Below, one piece after another: positions 38,001 to 45,343 of a DNA stretch of 64,000 bases. The notes below the pieces were generated by a model. The model saw only the letters and a list, made by a program, of their open reading frames with translations, searched no databases and was not told the DNA's origin. Source of the stretch: a bacterium (GTDB taxonomy: Bacteria; Zhuqueibacterota; Zhuqueibacteria; Residuimicrobiales; Residuimicrobiaceae); assembly GCA_035353815.1 (NCBI GenBank), contig DAOQAG010000001.1, forward strand, positions 17,159 to 81,158. The letters are read 5' to 3'. Each line of letters begins with the position of its first letter. Within the stretch, counting starts at the first letter, position 1. The position numbers and the translations under genes are program-made.

Positions 38001-38062
38001 GTGCCAGCGAACAGCATCCCCGCCGCAAGAAACAGCAGAATACAGAGCAATGCGCGATGCAT
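35036..38062 (-). CDS. SusC/RagA-like TonB-dependent outer-membrane transporter 2 (~70% identical to transporter 1)
   Basis: I chose the Met at 38062 ('MHRALLCILLFLAAGMLFAGTTGKITGMVTDAESGENLPGVNV'), which has a GGTGAGGA RBS; the 72-codon upstream extension is Arg/Pro-rich junk. TonB box 'EEVVVVADRP'; C-terminus '...RDITIGLKFNF'. Confidence 0.8.
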   Translation of the reverse strand: MHRALLCILLFLAAGMLFAGTTGKITGMVTDAESGENLPGVNVTIPGSGYGGVTNLEGRFLILNIPPGTYDLKFSLMGYATVTMRAVRVEIDLTTQSDARLKAETLQGEEVVVVADRPLVVRDISNSQMSIEAAKIESMPVETVRQVLSLQAGIQSGREGILVRGSSAGQTAFMMDGISLNDERSNIPYTAVGFSAVKEINVQTGGFNAEYGNLRAGLVNVITKESEPGRFNGALILRYSPPAAKHFGPSIYDPYSFFNRVYMDPAVCYTGTNNGAWDDFTRRQYPSFDGWNSYSEKTLQDNDPGNDLTPEGARRLYEWQHRRQGDIEKPDYIIDGTFGGPVPVIGSRLGHLRFLATHVREQDMFIFPLSRDNYGENYTRLKLTSDLTPKMKLVLSGLYGEVHSVSPYNWTTLPNGRVLRDQSEIADLPTATEGRAILYMPGYYSPSSIYRQVYSMQLTHMVSTRTFYDVSLQYNYSRNNTYKTSDRDTARIYQPVPGYYVDELPYGYMGYSAPSINGDRMGAWMNLGRDKSINATTNLKLDLTSQVNHRNQIKTGVQIVYNDYDIRSFTDSPALPDGWSRNMFYHVFPFRIGAYLQDKLEFQGFIANLGVRMDYSDPNGTYMVLGDYDENLGKGLGKQLLQTVRKSDAKSSLLWSPRLGVSHPITANSKLYFNYGHFTQEPSSANRFMLQREQNGSVTYLGNPNLQPEKTIQYELGYSQNLLDLFLLNIAAYYKDITNQPGWINYINVNSTVNYSKAVNNNYADIRGLELTLNKTVGRWISGFINYTYDVRTSGYFGLLSYYQDPARQRDYVALNTYQSKPRPQPYARINLDLHTPHDLGLPVLADINLNILGGWSAGAYDTYNPNDLAGIQDNVRWKDTYYLDMRLSKQITARGLQVQFYVDASNVFDFKFLNYAGFSDSYDYEFYMQSLCFSWEKGDNRGDDRIGTYRPDDIAYDPLEANPNNDPTISARNAKRKEDKSYIDNPNIEALTFLNPRDITIGLKFNF

Positions 38063-38280
38063 AGAATCCTCACCTAAAAAGAGGGCATGAACGGGCAATG
38101 ACGCCACGACCATAGGGAGTGCAATCCGTGCTGCACCACCCCCTGGTCCATGATTACAGGCGGCGCGAACAATGACCATCGGGGAACAGCCGCGAGGGTG
38201 CCCCCGGCAGGGAGGCGGCGTGCGCCGCCCTCTTGCCGGAGGTATCCTTGCCCCCGGTCCTGCCGGAGTCAATGACACCC

Positions 38281-38317
38281 GCAGAGAAAAGCCTGTGCGC
38301 CTTGCGGCGCACAGGCT
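38281..38317 (-). terminator. Rho-independent terminator after the 805-aa CBM-like gene
   Basis: Perfect 12-bp stem AGCCTGTGCGCC / GGCGCACAGGCT with a 4-nt loop, followed on the minus strand by TTTTCTCT. Confidence 0.65.
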
Positions 38318-38333
38318 CTCTCCGGAAAAACGG

Positions 38334-40751
38334 CTACTTCATCAGAGTCATCTTCATGGTTTTGGCAAAGCCGTTGCCCTCGAGGCGGTAGAAATAGATG
38401 CCGCTCGGAGCCACACTTCCATCCAGATTGGTGCCGTTCCAGGATACCCGGTAGCTGCCGGCATTCTGTTCGGCGTCAACCAGATTGGCCACAACCTGAC
38501 CCATCGCATTGAAGACCGTGAGGCGGATATGGCTCTTCATCGGCAGGTCGTAGGAGATGGAGGTCGTCGGGTTGAAGGGGTTCGGATAGTTGGCGTTCAG
38601 CGTGAATTCCGCGGGCAGGCCGCTGGTCGGGATTCTCTCGACCTTGACCCACTGCGAGCCGAACTTGTCGGTCGGGACGACGAAGACCGGGTTGGCATCG
38701 CTGATGGTGACGACACGGTTCATCGCAAAACCGGCTTCGTTGTCCATCGGAGTGGTGCCGGCATTCAGGGTGTCGGTGTAACCGGTGGAGTAGATGCCGT
38801 ATTTGTAGTAGTGGCTCGCGGTCGATCCCGCCGCGAACAGAACCTGGGTTGTCCAGATGCCGTCGCCGGCGGTGGCATCGCCGTTGGTGCCATCATCGTA
38901 CATCGAGATCAGGGTGCCGCCGACATCGGCAACACTCCAGCCCGCCCAGCCGCCGGTGCCGATCGGGGCAAAATCGCCGTTGATAACGACTTTTTCGACG
39001 GTCGGGAACGCCTTCTTGTTGTAGTAATCCTTGGCGCCGTTGGTGTTAACCGAGAAGGTCACGGTGACATCCTGGGAGAGCTTCTTCCCAGCCGGGGTCA
39101 CGTTCGGCTTGAAAGCATCCAGGACCATATCCTCGCCGGTGAAGACGAAGGTATGGTTGTCTCCACCTTCCCAACCACCATCCGCAAAGTTGCCTTCCGG
39201 ACGTCCGCGCCATTTCCAGCCCTGGGTCGTGCCGACGATGTCGGTGATGGCATGGGTGGCGGTATAGAGCGTCGGGACCACCAGGTCAGGCTGGGCGATC
39301 CACTCATCATTGTAGGCCCAACCATTGAAACCGCCGAGGACCAGGATCTGATCGGTGCCGGGGTTGAAGCCCTTGGCCAGCATGTCGGTCACATCCGCCT
39401 GGAAGGTGACGTTCGCGGTCTTGGTCTCGGTGTATTTGTCGATGTTGTTGTAGAAGGCCATATCCAGGACCTTGTCGACGCCCGGGACGGTCAGCTTGCG
39501 GTTGTCAATGCTCTCCCAACGATCGCCGGGCATCAGCACGTACTTGAACTCGAGCTGGGTGCCGACTTGATCACCCGGGAAGGTCTTGGTCAGGGCATAG
39601 ACGCCCGCTTCCGCAGTGGGCAGGCACTCATCCGCATCACCCGCCCAGCCGTTGAAGCTGCCGCGGATGACGACCTTGTCGGTGGCCGGATTGAAATTGC
39701 CATACTGCTGCTGAATGCCCATGTTGATGCGGAAGGTGACGTTGACAGGCCCGCCCGCGGTTTTGACGAACATCTGCGCCGGAACATAATAATCCGCGCC
39801 GAAGCAGGAGACGTAGGCGGTATCGCCGGTGACGGTGAAGGTGACACCGCGCGGTTTTTCGCCAGCCGGCTGGGCCGGATCATTGGTCTGCCACTGGATG
39901 CTGTCGGTCGGAGTCAGGGTGACCGGGTCGATCTCATACCAGGTCATCGATTTGTAGGGGCTGGCAGAGGGAGCTTCATCGTTGTTGCCGCCGTCGATCC
40001 AGAGCTTGCCGGTGGCATAGTTCCAGTTCATCGAAGCCGTAGCCGCGCCGCGGCAGAGGGTATCGGGAACCGCGAAGGGGCTGAACTTGTCGGGACGGGT
40101 GTAGCGCAGCATGAACTTTTTGTCATAGCGGGGTACGTAGACGCTGAGACCGTCATCCGAGACCGCCAGGGTACGGCCATAGCCATCCTGGGAATCGGTG
40201 ACATTGCCGAGATAGGAACCGTCGGCGCCGTAGGTCTCGACCGGGTTGCCCGGCAGGACGTAGCCCAGATAGATATCGCCGTCGACATCCGCCACCGGCG
40301 CGCAATACGAGGTCAGTTTTTGCGGGACAATACGCTGCAACAACTCGCCGGTTTTGTAGTCAAAGCGGTAGATATAGGGATAGGCCGTCCAGAGGACATT
40401 ACCATCATGGTCCATGCCCAGTCCGCGATGGGAATTGTAGAGGGTGTCGGTCTGGCCGAAGCCGGTGACCAGGTTCGCGCCGCTCCAGGGCGTGGGGGTG
40501 CCATCCGGATAGAAGCAGAAGATCTGCCGGGTAGCACCGGTCGTGCCATTGGCCTTGGTGATCGTGCTGGTGGCGCCATACATCTGCAGCCAGACCTTGC
40601 CTTCACGGTCAACGATAATGCCGTGCGAACCCATGCCACCGACCGGTTTGAAGTCATCGGCCGGGAAATTCCGGACGAACACCCAGCCAGCCGAGGCCGC
40701 CATAGCGGAGAGCAGAACCAGCGCAATGGCCAATACTAACATTCTTTTCAT
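38334..40751 (-). CDS. Secreted T9SS cargo protein with an N-terminal beta-propeller-like region and three starch-/carbohydrate-binding-module-like repeats
   Basis: Signal 'MKRMLVLAIALVLLSAMAASA'. Three repeats resemble CBM20/25-type modules ('VNVTFRINMG...GSFNGWAGD', 'ANVTFQADVT...GGFNGWAYNDEW', 'VTVTFSVNTN...GDFAPIGTGGWAGW'). CTD 'NANYPNPFNPTTSISYDLPMKSHIRLTVFNAMGQVVANL ... GIYFYRL ... KMTLMK'. Confidence 0.6.
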   Translation of the reverse strand: MKRMLVLAIALVLLSAMAASAGWVFVRNFPADDFKPVGGMGSHGIIVDREGKVWLQMYGATSTITKANGTTGATRQIFCFYPDGTPTPWSGANLVTGFGQTDTLYNSHRGLGMDHDGNVLWTAYPYIYRFDYKTGELLQRIVPQKLTSYCAPVADVDGDIYLGYVLPGNPVETYGADGSYLGNVTDSQDGYGRTLAVSDDGLSVYVPRYDKKFMLRYTRPDKFSPFAVPDTLCRGAATASMNWNYATGKLWIDGGNNDEAPSASPYKSMTWYEIDPVTLTPTDSIQWQTNDPAQPAGEKPRGVTFTVTGDTAYVSCFGADYYVPAQMFVKTAGGPVNVTFRINMGIQQQYGNFNPATDKVVIRGSFNGWAGDADECLPTAEAGVYALTKTFPGDQVGTQLEFKYVLMPGDRWESIDNRKLTVPGVDKVLDMAFYNNIDKYTETKTANVTFQADVTDMLAKGFNPGTDQILVLGGFNGWAYNDEWIAQPDLVVPTLYTATHAITDIVGTTQGWKWRGRPEGNFADGGWEGGDNHTFVFTGEDMVLDAFKPNVTPAGKKLSQDVTVTFSVNTNGAKDYYNKKAFPTVEKVVINGDFAPIGTGGWAGWSVADVGGTLISMYDDGTNGDATAGDGIWTTQVLFAAGSTASHYYKYGIYSTGYTDTLNAGTTPMDNEAGFAMNRVVTISDANPVFVVPTDKFGSQWVKVERIPTSGLPAEFTLNANYPNPFNPTTSISYDLPMKSHIRLTVFNAMGQVVANLVDAEQNAGSYRVSWNGTNLDGSVAPSGIYFYRLEGNGFAKTMKMTLMK

Positions 40752-40918
40752 GCTAACCTCCTTGTTAATAGCCTTTGGGAATTTAGGTAATGCCGTCCAG
40801 CGTCTCTGATGTCTATCAGCCTCCTTTCAGGATTCTTTCAACAACTCCGGAAGGCAGCCTATGCCTCCCATCTATTATGGAAAACCAGATGCATATCAGA
40901 GCGTTACCTCCCCCGCTC

Positions 40919-42142
40919 TCACTGCAAGCCGTAATAGGGGGCACTCTCTTTTTGCGTATTGATGCGAATGATGGTCTGCGCATACTTGATCGTTTCGCCT
41001 TCAAGCACCTGTTCGCGCGTCATGTAGAGATTCGAGCCCGGACCCCAGGCGAAGAGCAGCGTCTTGGGGAAAAACTGCCCGGGATAGAGGGGCTCGTACG
41101 AGCCGGTCGGGCTGACCAAAAAGATGGCTTCGGGGGCATCGGTCCCGACATACATATAGCCATCCGCGGAAAAGGTGATACAGTAGACGCCGTAGCCGCC
41201 GCCCACCTTGGCCGAGAAATCAAAGTACTCTTCCACCGCACCCAGGTCCTGTCCATTGAAGGGGAAGCGCCAGACCTTGTCCGCGCCATCCTTCTTGCCG
41301 GCGACATAGAGATAGCCGTTGTAGACCCGCACCGATTTGAGGTTGGCGGTGAAGGGGAACTTGGTGATGCTCTTGTCCGGTTTGATACGATAGATGTCGG
41401 TATTGTTGCCCACACCCCAAAGGTTGTGGTTAACATCAAAATCCAGGTCATAGATCGTGCCCAGGCCGGAGGAGACGAAAGTGGCCGGCTTGGTCGCGGC
41501 CGCGGCGATCGAGAAGATGCCCTTGAGATTACGCGCGCAATAGAGCACGTTGCCGGGGCCCATCTTCATGGCCGACCAGAAGGTCTCACCGCCTTTGGGG
41601 GCATAATCGACGTATTTCTCAGCGCCCGGGGTGACGATCTTGACGCCGGCACCGGCATTGCTGACCACCAGCGAGGCATAGACATTGCCGGTCGCGTCCG
41701 TCGCAATACCGTAGGGAATCTCGGCGGGGGTGAAAGTCAGGAGATTCACCTGTGCCGCTTCGAGCTTGTAGGGCCACTTGTTGCTAAAGATCTCGGCATT
41801 TTTCACGGCGATGCGGATGGCGATCGAGTCGGAGACATAGATCGGTGCACGCACCTTCAACTGCGTCGCCGAGGCCTCCACCACCGTTCCCTTTTCAGCG
41901 TTGAAATAGACAATATTGTCCTCTTTCACCGTCGAAAAGTTGGAGCCGGTGAAGGTAATCAGGGTCACCCCCGAAAGCGCCACACTGGCCGGCTCCACCG
42001 CCGAGATGACCGCCGGGCTGCTCGTCTTGGCGTTGGGATCGTACAAGCTGGACGGATAGTCGTTACTGTCGCATCCCGCCAGCACAAAGATCAAGGCGGC
42101 CACCAGGAAGATCGCCTGTAAAATGATAAATCTCTTTCCCAT
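40919..42142 (-). CDS. Lipoprotein with an N-terminal IPT/TIG-like Ig domain and a beta-propeller-like (NHL/SMP-30-type) region
   Basis: Lipobox 'LVAALIFVLAGCDSN', IPT-like 'PVISAVEPASVALSGVTLITFTGSNF', and repeated 'G.(V/L)Y(V/C)' blades. Confidence 0.5.
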   Translation of the reverse strand: MGKRFIILQAIFLVAALIFVLAGCDSNDYPSSLYDPNAKTSSPAVISAVEPASVALSGVTLITFTGSNFSTVKEDNIVYFNAEKGTVVEASATQLKVRAPIYVSDSIAIRIAVKNAEIFSNKWPYKLEAAQVNLLTFTPAEIPYGIATDATGNVYASLVVSNAGAGVKIVTPGAEKYVDYAPKGGETFWSAMKMGPGNVLYCARNLKGIFSIAAAATKPATFVSSGLGTIYDLDFDVNHNLWGVGNNTDIYRIKPDKSITKFPFTANLKSVRVYNGYLYVAGKKDGADKVWRFPFNGQDLGAVEEYFDFSAKVGGGYGVYCITFSADGYMYVGTDAPEAIFLVSPTGSYEPLYPGQFFPKTLLFAWGPGSNLYMTREQVLEGETIKYAQTIIRINTQKESAPYYGLQ

Positions 42143-42187
42143 ATGAAACGTCCTCATCTAATGATCAACGGATCAACCTTCAGTGAA

Positions 42188-43195
42188 TTAGATGCCGAGC
42201 CTGCAGGTGAAGCGGTGGACATTATTGAACACATCCATCGGCGAATAGGAGTAATCGATGCTCACGCCGAAATTGGTGTTCACGCCGAAGCCGGCCGTGA
42301 ACCCGTAATCATCCTGCCTGGTGATGTAGCCGGCGCGCAGGGCGAGCAGATCCATGAGCTTGTACTCGGCGCCAAGATTGAGGTATTCGGGAAAATCGCG
42401 CGGATGGACCGCATCGATCGAGAGCAGCAGGTTGTGATTTTTGCCGATCGCCGGAACCAGATCGAGAGCATCCATCGAAAATCCCACTTTGAAGGTCAAG
42501 GGCAGCTGAAAACCCTCACGCTCGTACTTGACTTCCTGAGAAAAATTGCGCACGCACATGCCGAATGCCAGACTCTTGAAGCCGGTTTTGTAGAGTGTGC
42601 CGAAATCAAAGGCATAGACGCTCTTGAGGTAATCCTTGTTATCCGTAACATAAGGCGCGGTATTGTTCAGGGGGATGGTGACATGACCGAGATCCTGATG
42701 CACATACTTGACCTGGCCGCCCACCGAGAAGCGGTCGGTCAGATCGATCGCATAGCCGAGTCCGATGGTCCACGCGCTCGGGCCGAATTTGCCGGTATCC
42801 AGAAAACCCTGCTCGTTATCCGCGACGACCGTGCCATCGAGATCGCCATAATCAATGGCCATGGCGCTGACGCCAAAGGTGCCGTACTGACCGCGGAAGG
42901 GCCGGCCAGCGAGTGAGAGGGCCAGATACTGGATATCTGCGATCCAGGTCATCTGCGTGAATGAGGCATCAAGATTCTTGATACTGCCGGCCATACCGGC
43001 GGGATTGTAAAAGAGCGCGGAACCGGAACCTTCCACCGTGGTGAAGGCCTCCCCCATGCCGGTGGCACGGGCATCGGTGCCGACACTGAGAAACTGGCAT
43101 CCGGTCTGGGCGAGCTTTTTCTGAGCCTGGCCATCCGTATAAAAGGCGCCTAGCACCAGAAGAACGGATACGATACAAACGATCATACGCTTCAT
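42188..43195 (-). CDS. Outer-membrane beta-barrel of the FadL/PorV superfamily (candidate PorV-like T9SS shuttle)
   Basis: Signal peptide, then 'GTDARATGMGEAFTTVEGSGSALFYNPAGMA', which matches the N-terminal motif shared by FadL and PorV/LptO barrels. The protein is amphipathic beta-strand-rich and ends 'FTCRLGI'. Confidence 0.5.
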   Translation of the reverse strand: MKRMIVCIVSVLLVLGAFYTDGQAQKKLAQTGCQFLSVGTDARATGMGEAFTTVEGSGSALFYNPAGMAGSIKNLDASFTQMTWIADIQYLALSLAGRPFRGQYGTFGVSAMAIDYGDLDGTVVADNEQGFLDTGKFGPSAWTIGLGYAIDLTDRFSVGGQVKYVHQDLGHVTIPLNNTAPYVTDNKDYLKSVYAFDFGTLYKTGFKSLAFGMCVRNFSQEVKYEREGFQLPLTFKVGFSMDALDLVPAIGKNHNLLLSIDAVHPRDFPEYLNLGAEYKLMDLLALRAGYITRQDDYGFTAGFGVNTNFGVSIDYSYSPMDVFNNVHRFTCRLGI

Positions 43196-43235
43196 AATCC
43201 ATTACTCCTTTATTGGAATTGCGTGTCTATAGCCT

Positions 43236-45317
43236 TTAGCGGATGACGACAAACTTGCGAATAGCTTTCTGGCCGTCGGGCGTTTCAAAGACCACGATAT
43301 AGAGCCCGCTGACGACGGTCTGAGCCGAGGAGGTAATGGAATTCCAGGCTTCATCACCGCTGCCATTGGTGTGCTCGATGGTATTGATCAGGTCGCCACG
43401 CTCGGTAAAGATCTTGATCGTGCAAATGCCGGGAATGTTATAGAACATGATCCGGTCCGGTCCGCTGTCACCGAACTGCAGGTCCCTGGCGCGAATGCTG
43501 TAGGGATTCGGGACGATGCGGATATCCGACAACGATTCTCCCGCCTTGCGCTTGAGATTGGTCGGATTGATCGTCTTGGCATAAAAGATACCGCTGTGCA
43601 GGGAGCCGCCGGGATTGGCCGTGGTTTGGTTCTTGCTGCCATCATCAAAGGAGACGATATAGTAGTAATAGTCGAAACCGCGGATGGCTGTCATATCGTC
43701 AAAACTATTGACGACCTGGGGATTTTTGGTGCCCTTGCCGCACGCAAAAATCTCCTCAAAAAGGGTGTCGGGGGTATGGATGGCCCGGTAGATTTTATAA
43801 CCGGCAAACCCCGGCCAGCTTTCGGCATTGTTCGACCATTTGAGCTGGATGCGGTCGCCGCCGCCGGCGACTTCGAAAAAGCTCGGGGCCGGCGGGGGTA
43901 CCGGAATCTTGTAGCTGGCCTTGAAATTGGCGGCGGCGCGCTTGAAGGTCTTGATCAGCGAATCGCGGCCGGTGTAAACCCACTTGTCCTTGTACTCATC
44001 CTTGTCGGTGGTCGTCGAACCATCCGGCAGCACATAGGGGCCCTCTTCCTTGAGCCACTTGGCGCCGATGGTGTAGCAGGACTTGCGGTCGAGGCCAGCG
44101 ATGCCCTCGGCCAGGACGATGTGAACGCTGTCGCCCGGCGCCAGGGTATAAGGCCCGAAGCCGGCGCACTGGGAGAAGCCGCCGACCGTGCCCAGATACT
44201 CATCCGCCGCCTGACCCGAGGCGATGACGCCATCGGCATGGCTTTTAGCCGGGTGGCCGGCGGTCATCGCCGCGTACTCCTGGGTCATCTTGGGCTCGTT
44301 GTAGGGATCGTTGCCCGAGGTGATGGTGACATCCGAACCCAGGTACTGCGTCGTCGTCGGCTGGAGCTTGTCATTGCTATGGTCGGTAGCACTCTTGTCG
44401 GCATGAAGCACGGCAAAACCTGCATAATGCGGCGCGGTCAGGTGGCCGTCGCCATTCTCGCGGTTGTCCGGAGCACCGATGCAGTCAAAACCGGCCTTGG
44501 AATGCTGGCCCTTCCAGCAAAAGAGCGAGAGGTACTTCTCGATCCCATCCTGGTCGGAGACCCACATGGTGTCGTTCATTTCATTGTGACCCCAGGCCGC
44601 CGACTGCGGCAGGATACTCAGGCCATAGACGCAGGCCTCCTTGGAGACCGCATAGCGGTGCTGAAAGAAAAAGACCACCCCGGTCAGGGTCTGATTGACC
44701 TTGGTGCCCTTGGTGTCGATGATGCCGGTATTGACAAAAGTGTATTCCTGAATAAAGTAATTGTCATGATACTGCTGGGCAAATTGATAGATCTTGCGCT
44801 TTTCGGTGATGCCCATCTGGGTATTGGCCACCGTGTACAGATAGCGGTCGGCGGTCAGGTTGGGATCGACCTCATCGACGAAATCCATCAGATCAAGCTT
44901 GCCGCCGGAGGTGCCATCGACATAGACCGTCGATTTGTCGTGGCGGCCGTAGAGCTTGAATTGGGAGGGCATCCATTCGCTCAACTCGTTGAGGACGCGC
45001 GGGCCGACATGCACCACTTTGAATGGATAGGTCTTGCCGGCAATCGGATCGTTGTAGTTGGTTGCGCCAATCCACAGGGCCTTGGCCGCCTTGCAGTCCT
45101 GATATTCAAACAAGGCCGGCCACTGCAGGCCGTCTTGCTGATCGGCCACCAAATGCCGCCGGCCGACTTCCTGTTCGTAGCCGGCGCTGGAAAACCAGTC
45201 ATGCAGCATACCCGTAGCCAGCCATTTGGTGTCATCCGCCTGGACCGGATGAAGGGCCAGGAGCAGCGTGGCAACAAGGCTGGTCAGGATCAGTAGTGTT
45301 TTTCGTCTCATATCCAT
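43236..45317 (-). CDS. Partner 3: divergent paralog (~40% identity) of the partner family, with a T9SS-type CTD, downstream of transporter 3
   Basis: Signal 'LLILTSLVATLLLALHPVQA', 'FAQQYHDNYFIQ', 'IQLKWSNNAESWPGFAGYKIYRAIHTPDT', and C-terminus 'VPNPYSIRARDLQFGDSGPDRIMFYNIPGICTIKIFTERGDLI ... SGLYIVVFE ... RKFVVIR'. Confidence 0.6.
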   Translation of the reverse strand: MDMRRKTLLILTSLVATLLLALHPVQADDTKWLATGMLHDWFSSAGYEQEVGRRHLVADQQDGLQWPALFEYQDCKAAKALWIGATNYNDPIAGKTYPFKVVHVGPRVLNELSEWMPSQFKLYGRHDKSTVYVDGTSGGKLDLMDFVDEVDPNLTADRYLYTVANTQMGITEKRKIYQFAQQYHDNYFIQEYTFVNTGIIDTKGTKVNQTLTGVVFFFQHRYAVSKEACVYGLSILPQSAAWGHNEMNDTMWVSDQDGIEKYLSLFCWKGQHSKAGFDCIGAPDNRENGDGHLTAPHYAGFAVLHADKSATDHSNDKLQPTTTQYLGSDVTITSGNDPYNEPKMTQEYAAMTAGHPAKSHADGVIASGQAADEYLGTVGGFSQCAGFGPYTLAPGDSVHIVLAEGIAGLDRKSCYTIGAKWLKEEGPYVLPDGSTTTDKDEYKDKWVYTGRDSLIKTFKRAAANFKASYKIPVPPPAPSFFEVAGGGDRIQLKWSNNAESWPGFAGYKIYRAIHTPDTLFEEIFACGKGTKNPQVVNSFDDMTAIRGFDYYYYIVSFDDGSKNQTTANPGGSLHSGIFYAKTINPTNLKRKAGESLSDIRIVPNPYSIRARDLQFGDSGPDRIMFYNIPGICTIKIFTERGDLINTIEHTNGSGDEAWNSITSSAQTVVSGLYIVVFETPDGQKAIRKFVVIR

Positions 45318-45343
45318 TCCTTCTCGATTAGGGGATGAGAAAA

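Noticed and set aside
38172-40739. 855-aa plus-strand ORF, with similar long plus-strand ORFs across 28-48 kb (for example 28086..29750, 35369..36871, 43371..45296, 46445..47296)
   Set aside because: All are antisense to minus-strand genes that have signal peptides, conserved domains and RBSs. The plus-strand products are Gly/Asp/Arg low-complexity.
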